Sequence record: SRR20825014_190
DNA length: 35,803 nucleotides
Direction: 5' to 3' (one strand)
Shown one piece after another: positions 1 to 8,200 of this stretch. The position numbers and the translations under genes are program-made. The notes under the pieces were generated by a model. That model was not told where the DNA came from and ran no database searches. It saw only the letters and a program-made list of their open reading frames with translations. Numbering within the stretch: position 1 is the stretch's first letter; every line of letters begins with the position of its first letter.

Positions 1-605
1 TGGGAGGACATGGTAAGTTGTTGTAGAAGGGGGTTGTGGTGAGCATTGACTTGTGGCTGCTGGGCTTGGGGTCGTTGTACTACGACGGACGAGGGCAGTA
101 GGTACGACGTGAAGGGGACAGCACAACCCGCATTCAAAGTTGCAAATAGCCAATCTACAGACACCACGTCCACCACCCCATCACACAGAGCCGACAGCTC
201 TGTGAGAGTGAGGGGAGGAGGTACCTCAGCTGATGATGATGGGGCTTTGAACTCATTGAGAATCACCCTCATGGCGTCCATACTGTTTGGTAGAATACTA
301 CTGCTACGACTGGTATTGGTGGACATTCGTAGACCCGTCACAACAGTCAGCCGTCGCTTCTTCCTTCTACCAATACTCTGTAGGGTGGTAAGGAAGGTGG
401 ATAGCAGCATAGAGGAGGGGGTGATAAGTAGGCCGGATTGGGCTAGATCGGATACCTGCGTACAACCCGCCGATGAGATCCTTTCTTGTAGGATATGCAC
501 CTGCTTCGATGTAAGGCTCTCCTCCATCGAGCCATCAGGAGGGAGGCTTGAGGTAGAGCAGTGACATAGGACAACTGTCTGATTTTGGAAGGTAGACTTC
601 TTCAT
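1..605 (-). CDS. BRCT-domain protein, N-terminal ~201 aa (runs off window edge); possibly an X-family DNA polymerase or other repair protein
   Basis: Manual translation from ATG at 605 is open to position 1: MKKSTFQNQTVVLCHC...LTSKQVHILQERISSAGCTQV...VDVVSVDWLFATLNAGCAVPFTSYLL, matching the BRCT C-terminal pattern VVxxxWL...G...Y. Polypyrimidine tract upstream at ~696-716. Missing from the ORF track because there is no stop in the window. Confidence 0.7.
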   Translation of the reverse strand, partial: MKKSTFQNQTVVLCHCSTSSLPPDGSMEESLTSKQVHILQERISSAGCTQVSDLAQSGLLITPSSMLLSTFLTTLQSIGRRKKRRLTVVTGLRMSTNTSRSSSILPNSMDAMRVILNEFKAPSSSAEVPPPLTLTELSALCDGVVDVVSVDWLFATLNAGCAVPFTSYLLPSSVVVQRPQAQQPQVNAHHNPLLQQLTMSS

Positions 606-695
606 AATAAGTTTGATGTTGGACTGTAGAGTGTTAATGCGAAGGTGGTTATTGATATGGCGTCATGTCTTGAATCGAAAGAAGTTTCACATCGG

Positions 696-716
696 AAAAT
701 AAAAGAAAGGGGAAAG
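696..716 (-). promoter_or_regulatory. Polypyrimidine tract of a trans-splice acceptor for the BRCT gene
   Basis: Minus strand CTTTCCCCTTTCTTTTATTTTC; first downstream AG at 670-669, next at 625-624. Confidence 0.55.
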
Positions 717-1232
717 TGTAGCACGGTTCAAATTAACTTTACATTTCAAAAAATAATTCTAAAACAGTAGTGTTAAAGTGGGAAAGTCTGGATAACGTAT
801 AAATATTGAAAGGTAGTGATGTGTGATATACATATGTGTGTGTGTGTGTAGGGCTGTGTGGTGGTTAATTCGACCACTTCACCAGTAACAGGTGTGTGGT
901 GAAGCGGGAGGAGGTGACCACAGCAATGTGAGCATGCTTGTATTCCTGGTAGTGAGAGTGTTTCGCTTCTCATATTCCCCAATGTTTTATATTGAGTATC
1001 TGCATTGTTGTTGGTGTTCTTGTTGTGTGTGTTGGTGTAAATATATAAAGTACGAGTAAATAGTGGTATTACTACGTACATTCTCTAAAATAGTGCAAGT
1101 GCTTCTCTTTTCCTCCCTTTTTGTTCTCCTTTGAAGAAATTGATGATCTACTACTAAATGTGTGATGTTGTTGTTCTTGTTTTTCATCGATTCTTCGATT
1201 CTTGTCGGTTTTCGGCGCTTCTCTCGCGCTAC

Positions 1233-4200
1233 TTACCCTATGAGGAAGGGGTGCATTAGGAGCTGGTGAACAGTGGGGCGCCTTTCGGGGTCCCTCTCCA
1301 AGCACGCCTTAATAAATTTACGGCCCTCCCCCTGGATGGAGGACGGTATCTCGGGGATCATAGTGGGATCCTTCCCCAGCTTGATAATAAAGTTAGCCTC
1401 GCCACCTGCATAGTCCCAGGGCTGTTTACCTGTCAGCACCTCCAGTAGCGTTACTCCAATACTCCAGATATCGTTCGCCGTGCGTACGTCGCCCCTTGCA
1501 GCCTCGGGGGCTAGATACCAGCTGGTACCCTTGACGAGCTCCTGATCTAGGGCCGTGTTGGCAGCCTGTTGGCTGATGGCGCTCACAGAGGAGCCAAAGT
1601 CGGACAGCTTACAGGTACCATCGTTGCTGAGGAGTACGTTATGGGGTTTGATATCACAATGGGTGGTGTTGTTCTCGTGGAGGTACCTAAGACCCTTGAG
1701 GACATCAATGAGGTATCTCCTGGCGGCTGGGGCTGGTAGGGGGCCGAACTGGTGTAGAAGCTGGTACAGTGACCCACCAGATACATACTCCATCAAAATA
1801 ATGAAATGATTGGCAGTCATAGCATACGATACATACCCTACAATATAGTCGTTCCTGAGGGAGGAGAGGGTCTCCACCTCCGTTACCAACTCCTCCTTCT
1901 TGGTGAGACGGTTAGCAAGGATGAAGCACTTCATGGCAACGAGATTACCCTGCTCACCAAGGGCAAGGTATACCTGTGAGAAGGCACCAACGCCGACGAT
2001 ATTATCAGACCGCTGCCATTTATTGTGGTATGAGTCTTCGAAGTTTCGTGGCACATTTGAGGAAAGAGCGTCGTTATTGGCGTGGAAGGGGCCGTTATTG
2101 AGGGGTGACATTTCACCCTCGGAGGTGGGATCGAAATGCTCGCCCTCGTTGGCAGCCTCATCGTCGTCTGAGTCGGCGATGACGAACATGGGGACGAGAC
2201 CGTCCTCCTGGTACTCCATGCGCTCGGTGTTCAGGAACTGCTTCCTGACGGCATCGCCTATGTCCCTCGCAGTGCCCCCTGCAGCCACTGTACTCGTCCC
2301 ACTATCCTCTCCCCCGGCACTAGCCGTAGAAGAGTTATTATTACCACTCCCGTTCTTATGCTGGCCACTGGGGCCGTGGTTGATGACAGGGTTTTTGGCA
2401 TAGTCGTCGATGTGGGCGGCGTTGTCCTGGCGGTACCTCTCATAGATCTTTTTGAGTACCCCCGACTCCCCCTCGAACCCCTCCCATTGTAGCTCCTTGC
2501 GTACATAGGGTTGGCTGGGCTTGGTGCTGTCCTTTAGAAGTGATTTGGCCTTGGCCTCACAGATGGCCTGTAGCCGTTGGGCCTGGAGGTCCTCGGGGTT
2601 CTTTTCCAGGTATTGCTGCCATAGGTCCAAGGCATTGGAATAGTCCCCCCCTCGCAGGAAACTGAACGCACCATTGTACATGGATAATAGAGCTGCTGGG
2701 GAGTTCTCTTTTCGATTCGAGCGCACTTCGTAAATAGTAACGACACGATCCCCAACCCCCTTGATAATGGGGCAAATATTATCAACCGGCGCTAGCTCAT
2801 AGCCAATTTTACTGGCAGTATCCTCACTGACTATAATCCTACTTCCTAGGTATCGGCGGGCAATTGTGGGAATCTTCATGGCGAAGCGCATTGTGTCTCC
2901 TACCACTACTCGGGCACGATGCTGGTCATTACCACAACTACCAATAAAATTGTACCCTGAGGCGATGGCGATGTTGAAGTTAACATCGGGAATTCTAAGA
3001 CTGAGGTCGGCAGCGATGGCCAATGCACACGCACATGCTTCCGATTCGTGAATAACGCAGGGGATGTGGCAGTTGAAGGTGGCGATGATGGCGGTGGGTG
3101 CTAGAAGATCGATGACCCCCCTGTGGGCTATCACATTGGGAATGATAGCCTCGGGGACTCGTGTAGCGATATAGTCGGCCTTAGCGGGATCGGAGATGGC
3201 GACGAATATCTCAATGTACATCACCGTCGACCAACGCTTCTTGAAGAGTGACTTCTCCACCGACTTGTCGCTCTGTAGACCGGGGGTGATGTCACCGGAG
3301 CGGCCAGGAGTAGTCGGTTTACCAGGGGAGGTAACATCAGGACCCCTCTCCGACTCCTGGTGGTCCTCCGCATCGGATGCATCTGAATCCTCAAACTCAT
3401 CGGCATTGAGGACAGCAGAGGGCACGTACGACCTGAAGTTGGCAAGATTCTGGACGAGCTTCGAAGCGGCACCAAGTACGAAGGTAGTCGTATGTGGGGC
3501 CTTGTTGCGGGACCGCATGAGCTCCTCATCTATACGGCGCCTAGCCCCTTGGACATTAAGATCTGCTAGTAGCTCACACAGCTCAGTTGCAAAGGCCTCA
3601 CAGGCGGCCAATCGGGCCTGCTCGTGCTTGTTAAAGTGGTACAGTACTTGGGGGACGACTAACAATGCGGCAGATGCCACAACGTACGATGCCATGGACG
3701 TCAAGGGCCGCTCAGGTGCATTGAAGACGAGCACGGTGATGTAGTATTCGTTGATAGTGTGGAAGATAAAAGCAAATATTCCAAAGCCCCAAATAACTGC
3801 CATAATACGAACATCGATATCCATAGTGGTGCCGATGAGGGGGGCGATAACAAGGAAGAACTGGGCTCCTGATCGCAGGTTGTCGAGTAGAGACATCACG
3901 ACGATGGTGATGGAAGACTGGGCATATGTGGCTAGGAGGAAGAGGGGGGATACCCTATCCACCCCCTTAATAACTGTGGCGACGAGCTGCACTCCAGACA
4001 CAATCATCATCAGTAAACCACAGATAGCAAGCCAAAGCTGGAGGCTATCGAGATAGACACGGTGGGTGTACTTAAACCGTGTATCCAACTCCGCAATGAA
4101 CCCATCTAAATTTAAAGCAAAGTTGAAAGTTCCGATGACAAAGACCACAAAGGCGAATATAGAGGCCTTATACCGGATGGTTCTGAGAAGTAGTGGAAAC

Positions 4201-4391
4201 ATGGTAAAGAGGGTCTTCCTAAATTGGACACTGCCAATATTTTGTTGCTCCTTCGTATCTCCACTATTATTGTTATTGTTGGCATCTTCGTTGCTAATAT
4301 CGGCACCTTGTACTACAACCAAATCGACATTGGTGGGAGGTGCCTGATGCTGCTGTGCTGTTGGTTTCGATTCATCTACGTTCATCGTCAT
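1233..4391 (-). CDS. Multi-pass membrane protein with degenerate class III nucleotide cyclase domain and C-terminal STE11/MEKK-like Ser/Thr kinase
   Basis: 1052 aa. About 6-7 hydrophobic segments in the N-terminal quarter; cyclase-like blocks STVMYIEI, HRGVIDLLAPTAIIATFN, IAIASG...VVVGDT; intact kinase motifs GVGAFSQV, VAMK, MEYVSGGSL, HCDIKPHN, DFG, GTSWYLAPE, DIWSIG. Confidence 0.9.
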   Translation of the reverse strand: MTMNVDESKPTAQQHQAPPTNVDLVVVQGADISNEDANNNNNSGDTKEQQNIGSVQFRKTLFTMFPLLLRTIRYKASIFAFVVFVIGTFNFALNLDGFIAELDTRFKYTHRVYLDSLQLWLAICGLLMMIVSGVQLVATVIKGVDRVSPLFLLATYAQSSITIVVMSLLDNLRSGAQFFLVIAPLIGTTMDIDVRIMAVIWGFGIFAFIFHTINEYYITVLVFNAPERPLTSMASYVVASAALLVVPQVLYHFNKHEQARLAACEAFATELCELLADLNVQGARRRIDEELMRSRNKAPHTTTFVLGAASKLVQNLANFRSYVPSAVLNADEFEDSDASDAEDHQESERGPDVTSPGKPTTPGRSGDITPGLQSDKSVEKSLFKKRWSTVMYIEIFVAISDPAKADYIATRVPEAIIPNVIAHRGVIDLLAPTAIIATFNCHIPCVIHESEACACALAIAADLSLRIPDVNFNIAIASGYNFIGSCGNDQHRARVVVGDTMRFAMKIPTIARRYLGSRIIVSEDTASKIGYELAPVDNICPIIKGVGDRVVTIYEVRSNRKENSPAALLSMYNGAFSFLRGGDYSNALDLWQQYLEKNPEDLQAQRLQAICEAKAKSLLKDSTKPSQPYVRKELQWEGFEGESGVLKKIYERYRQDNAAHIDDYAKNPVINHGPSGQHKNGSGNNNSSTASAGGEDSGTSTVAAGGTARDIGDAVRKQFLNTERMEYQEDGLVPMFVIADSDDDEAANEGEHFDPTSEGEMSPLNNGPFHANNDALSSNVPRNFEDSYHNKWQRSDNIVGVGAFSQVYLALGEQGNLVAMKCFILANRLTKKEELVTEVETLSSLRNDYIVGYVSYAMTANHFIILMEYVSGGSLYQLLHQFGPLPAPAARRYLIDVLKGLRYLHENNTTHCDIKPHNVLLSNDGTCKLSDFGSSVSAISQQAANTALDQELVKGTSWYLAPEAARGDVRTANDIWSIGVTLLEVLTGKQPWDYAGGEANFIIKLGKDPTMIPEIPSSIQGEGRKFIKACLERDPERRPTVHQLLMHPFLIG

Positions 4392-4608
4392 GTGCTATAT
4401 TTTTCTCGAGGAAAAACTGTAGTGGATAAAAGGAAGGGGGGTTGAAATACTGAAGATTGATAGTTCACGACCTACAAACTATTATTATTATTATTAAAAG
4501 TGATGGGAAGAATGAAGTAGTAGTTTCAGTAATAAGCCATCATCAATGTCGACAATCATTATTCGTTAAAAACAAAACAAGATGATTAAATATGATACAA
4601 ATGCGAGT

Positions 4609-6831
4609 TTAGCGTTGATGTCGGCTCTCAAGGGAGCTAAGTCGTGCTTCAAGGGCATCCAGTCGAACAACCATTCTCGACTCCAATCCGTTTAACAACT
4701 GCGTAAACTGTGCCAGTGTTGCATCTGTAGGTTCTGACGCAGCGTTGTTATTGCTGGTAATGGGCGGTGGTAGAATTGAGGATGGGGCAGCAGAGGTTGG
4801 CTGCTGTGGCTGGGGTGGGCGAGGCATGGGGCTGGGTTGCCGAACGGGTTGTTGGGGCTCTGTGTAACCCAGAACCCGTACCCCCGACCGAGAGTACGGA
4901 CGGTTTGGGGACGCTCCTCTGGGACGGATGGACGAGCCGGTCGATATTGAATACTGATCATCCTCCCTCGGGGCTGAGGTAGGACGGGTAGACGATGAGG
5001 GGCGACCCCCTCTTGCTGCTGCCTGGGGGGTAGGCCCAGAAGGACCACCCACACCACGGCCCTCACTCTCTGAGAGCATATCCTCCTTTTTCTTCTTGGA
5101 GAACAGACTGGAAAAGAAGGAGCGCTTTTCGGAGGGGACATCGGTGGGGGATGCCGATCTAGGGTTGGTACTGATGCTACTTCCATGCTTCCTACCCCCC
5201 ATACCAGCATTATTATTAGGTTGCGCGTTGATGTTGCTGTTGATTCTTGGATCGCCTGTTAAGGAGTGGGATGCGGGATCAGTATGGCTGCCCTTGGACG
5301 ATGAAGCCTGTCCCATACCACCACTCCCACCATCTGCCCCCCTTGAACTATTTCCCCCATCCCACATCATAGCGACTAAATCGGGGTCGTACATAACGCG
5401 GTAGAGAACATGCTCGAGGTGATCGCTGTGGTAGATAGCAAGGCGCCATCGGCCATGTCGGTGAGGGGAGCCACAGCTCTCTGGGGGAAGAGCAGAGTTG
5501 CCATCTAATGAAAACGGGCCCGCTGCATCTTGTGGAGAAGGGGCTATCACATAATCGGATGACTTAGCTGACACTACAGTTGGGGATGGTACCAGGGGGT
5601 CAAAGGAGGGCTGTCGGGAGTGGTTGGAGGGGCGTTGGGTAAGAATACCCCCAGAGGAGCCCAGAGACGACATCGGACTACCCTCATCCACCGTCGTGGA
5701 GCCACGACTATCCGATGGGAGTGGGAGGGGGGCAGTAGTAGTAGTACCAGAGGGAGGAGGTGGCACTGGCTGTTTGGGCTTCACCTTGGGTAGCTCACGT
5801 GCTTGGCAGTCATCCGTACAATGCAACACGACCCTCCTAAAGGTCCCAGTGCGGTAAATAAGGGTCTTATTGTTGGCTAGGGTACCGGACCATGTGTGGC
5901 CCAAGAAGAGGGTGTTGGGATCCTTGGGAAGGGGGGCAGCACTGAGGTACGTCATACCATTCCAAGCATGCTGCGGATGGCCATCCATATATCCAATATA
6001 ACACTTCTTTAATTCTTTATTATCTGTCCTTTTACTAAGGAATAAGTCAAGGATGTCTCTGTCGCCGAGGGTTCGGAATGCGGGCCAATAGGGGGTAACC
6101 ATCTCGGTGCGGCCATCGTTGGCGGATACCCTCTCAGGTAGCTTCACCCTTGGTCCTACAAAGTGAAACATGGATCCCGCCTCGCTGCCCTTCCCATCCG
6201 CATCTGGTGGCGGCTGCGGCCTCTCAGGTTCCGGCCCATACTTCTCGGTCAGTAGTCGGAACAGCTCCTCCTCATCCCCCTTATACGCCTTGAGGAACTC
6301 ATACGCCCTCTCAATCTTTTCAGGGTTGTATCTTTCATAGAAGCGAATGAGGCGTGTGTAGTGGTCACTATTTAAATTCTCTACCGACGCACCCCCACCG
6401 CCACCATTATTACTTTGCGATACCCAGTCATCATTATCCAGTAGGTCAGTAACTTCCGACAACGACACATCCCCCCCTCCTGCACTACCCCCACCCCCAC
6501 CACCAGCACTCCTACCCATCACCGCCCCATTAGTTCCTGGAGCAAAGGATATCTTCATGTTGCTGTTTGTTCGAGGTCGGAGATCGTTTTGGTCGGCCAG
6601 GGAGGTGGTGGTGTGGGGATACTCATCGCTACCGATCACTGTGGGAAACCCTCCTCCAGTGGCACTAACCGGGGTAGAGTGCCTCGAGGAGTGTTCGAGT
6701 TCGCTGCCAGCTCGGTGGGCACGGACTTTAGGTGAATACTTCGCAGCCACCTCATAGCTAGGGGGCGGCAACTCGCCTCCTCCCCGACGTATGGTCGGTG
6801 GTGGTGCAACAGACGAATGTTTCAAGTCCAT
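4609..6831 (-). CDS. Hypothetical low-complexity protein with RLxxFYxxYNPEK...KYGPEP helical motif and C-terminal short coiled coil
   Basis: 740 aa ORF, co-oriented with neighbours, G/S/P-rich; ends VRLDALEARLSSLESR. Confidence 0.8.
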   Translation of the reverse strand: MDLKHSSVAPPPTIRRGGGELPPPSYEVAAKYSPKVRAHRAGSELEHSSRHSTPVSATGGGFPTVIGSDEYPHTTTSLADQNDLRPRTNSNMKISFAPGTNGAVMGRSAGGGGGGSAGGGDVSLSEVTDLLDNDDWVSQSNNGGGGGASVENLNSDHYTRLIRFYERYNPEKIERAYEFLKAYKGDEEELFRLLTEKYGPEPERPQPPPDADGKGSEAGSMFHFVGPRVKLPERVSANDGRTEMVTPYWPAFRTLGDRDILDLFLSKRTDNKELKKCYIGYMDGHPQHAWNGMTYLSAAPLPKDPNTLFLGHTWSGTLANNKTLIYRTGTFRRVVLHCTDDCQARELPKVKPKQPVPPPPSGTTTTAPLPLPSDSRGSTTVDEGSPMSSLGSSGGILTQRPSNHSRQPSFDPLVPSPTVVSAKSSDYVIAPSPQDAAGPFSLDGNSALPPESCGSPHRHGRWRLAIYHSDHLEHVLYRVMYDPDLVAMMWDGGNSSRGADGGSGGMGQASSSKGSHTDPASHSLTGDPRINSNINAQPNNNAGMGGRKHGSSISTNPRSASPTDVPSEKRSFFSSLFSKKKKEDMLSESEGRGVGGPSGPTPQAAARGGRPSSSTRPTSAPREDDQYSISTGSSIRPRGASPNRPYSRSGVRVLGYTEPQQPVRQPSPMPRPPQPQQPTSAAPSSILPPPITSNNNAASEPTDATLAQFTQLLNGLESRMVVRLDALEARLSSLESRHQR

Positions 6832-7071
6832 TGGCCATGAAACTTGTCAATTGAATAATTTGAATGTGCAGAAAAAGTACGATAATTCGTCCCTCGTTAT
6901 CGGCGCTGTTTTAAAAGAATTGTGTGTGTTTGTCCTTTCTGTGATGTGAGTGTGAGAAGGGCAAAATAAACTAAACGTATCCATTTAAAACAACAATTAA
7001 TTCAGAACAAGGAGGGTACATTTGATGTGATTGTAACTATGTGGTGGGTGCTGGTGTGTTGTATCGGCCTT

Positions 7072-7920
7072 CTAGGGGCTCTCGAACAGGCCAGAGGGGG
7101 CGATGTCTAGCAGGGTCTGCTCCAGATCGCCATGTGCAAAGTGAGGACCGTACTGCCTCAATTCGTTCCTAGTTACCCATGCATGATCAGTGTACGACTC
7201 CGCCATCACCTCAAAGTTCGGCCTACCACTGAGGTACGCTACATTGTAGATGAAGGTGTGGTTATCACCATCCTTGAGGACGGCCTGGGGGGCATTGGAC
7301 CACACAAAGGTGTCTAGGGCACCGGTATGATGCTCGTGAATGGCCCTCTGTGCGGTGGTCTTGAGGCTCTCGTGTGAGGCCCTCTCCTCGCTGGGAATGG
7401 TCCACTTTCCTGTGACCTTGTCCTTTACGATTAGGAATAGGTAGTCCCCTAGGTGGCGGTTGATTGTGTACCGGGCAGGGGGGAGGTCGCTATCGGCCTT
7501 CATATCATCCCCAAAGAGATCGATGTAGTCTTCCTCGGTGACACGGGGGTTGGGCTTATAACGGCTCAGCACTCCCTTGATGGCATCCTGGTACAACTCC
7601 AACCCAAAGAAGTTGGAGACGATCTCCTTACTATCCATGCGGTTCCACGAGTCGCCACTAAACTCCTTATCTGCGAGGTATTTTGTATAGGATTCGGTAT
7701 CATGCCTAGAGTACCTCTGGTGCTCCCTCTGCAGCATGTAGGACATCTCAATCTCCACAGGGTGGGGCTCGGACTTGATGAGGGGCTGACGGGCTAGGAA
7801 GTAGCCGACACGGACGGTGGTACCGTTAAGGGTATCCTTAGGGACGTTAACGGCCGCCTGAGGGATAATGGGGGTTCGGTGCTGGGAGTACAACAAACTG
7901 CGGAGGGTGACCTTCATCAT
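7072..7920 (-). CDS. MRPL46: Mitochondrial large ribosomal subunit protein mL46 (NUDIX-like fold)
   Basis: 282 aa; basic/hydroxylated N-terminus like a presequence; LFLIVKD...KWTIP...ESLKTTAQRAI, NAP and HAWVTRNEL blocks typical of mL46. Confidence 0.75.
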   Translation of the reverse strand: MMKVTLRSLLYSQHRTPIIPQAAVNVPKDTLNGTTVRVGYFLARQPLIKSEPHPVEIEMSYMLQREHQRYSRHDTESYTKYLADKEFSGDSWNRMDSKEIVSNFFGLELYQDAIKGVLSRYKPNPRVTEEDYIDLFGDDMKADSDLPPARYTINRHLGDYLFLIVKDKVTGKWTIPSEERASHESLKTTAQRAIHEHHTGALDTFVWSNAPQAVLKDGDNHTFIYNVAYLSGRPNFEVMAESYTDHAWVTRNELRQYGPHFAHGDLEQTLLDIAPSGLFESP

Positions 7921-8200
7921 GTGGCTAATTTATAAATTTGTGTTTAACTACTACTACTGTAAAATCGTTGGAAATGTGGGGGATGCAGGGGCGTAAAGTA
8001 TAAAATTGTTTTAAAAACAAGCAAATAAAGAATTGCAGATTTAAAGATTTATTTGAAAAGCACCTCTACATGGGATGGAAAGTAAGATATATAAATACAG
8101 AAATGGGAAGAGTCATACAATATAGCCTTGTACGACGCGCATGACGCCAATCCACATCACACCTCATCGGCAGCATAATAAGTGTATGTATGGGTGGGTG

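Noticed and set aside
835..849. (GT)n, and (ATT)n/(AAT)n tracts at ~4481 and ~24329
   Set aside because: Ordinary short microsatellites in UTR/spacer DNA.
773..1305. Short minus-strand ORFs in the kinase 3' spacer
   Set aside because: Translations of CA/AAC-rich low-complexity UTR sequence.
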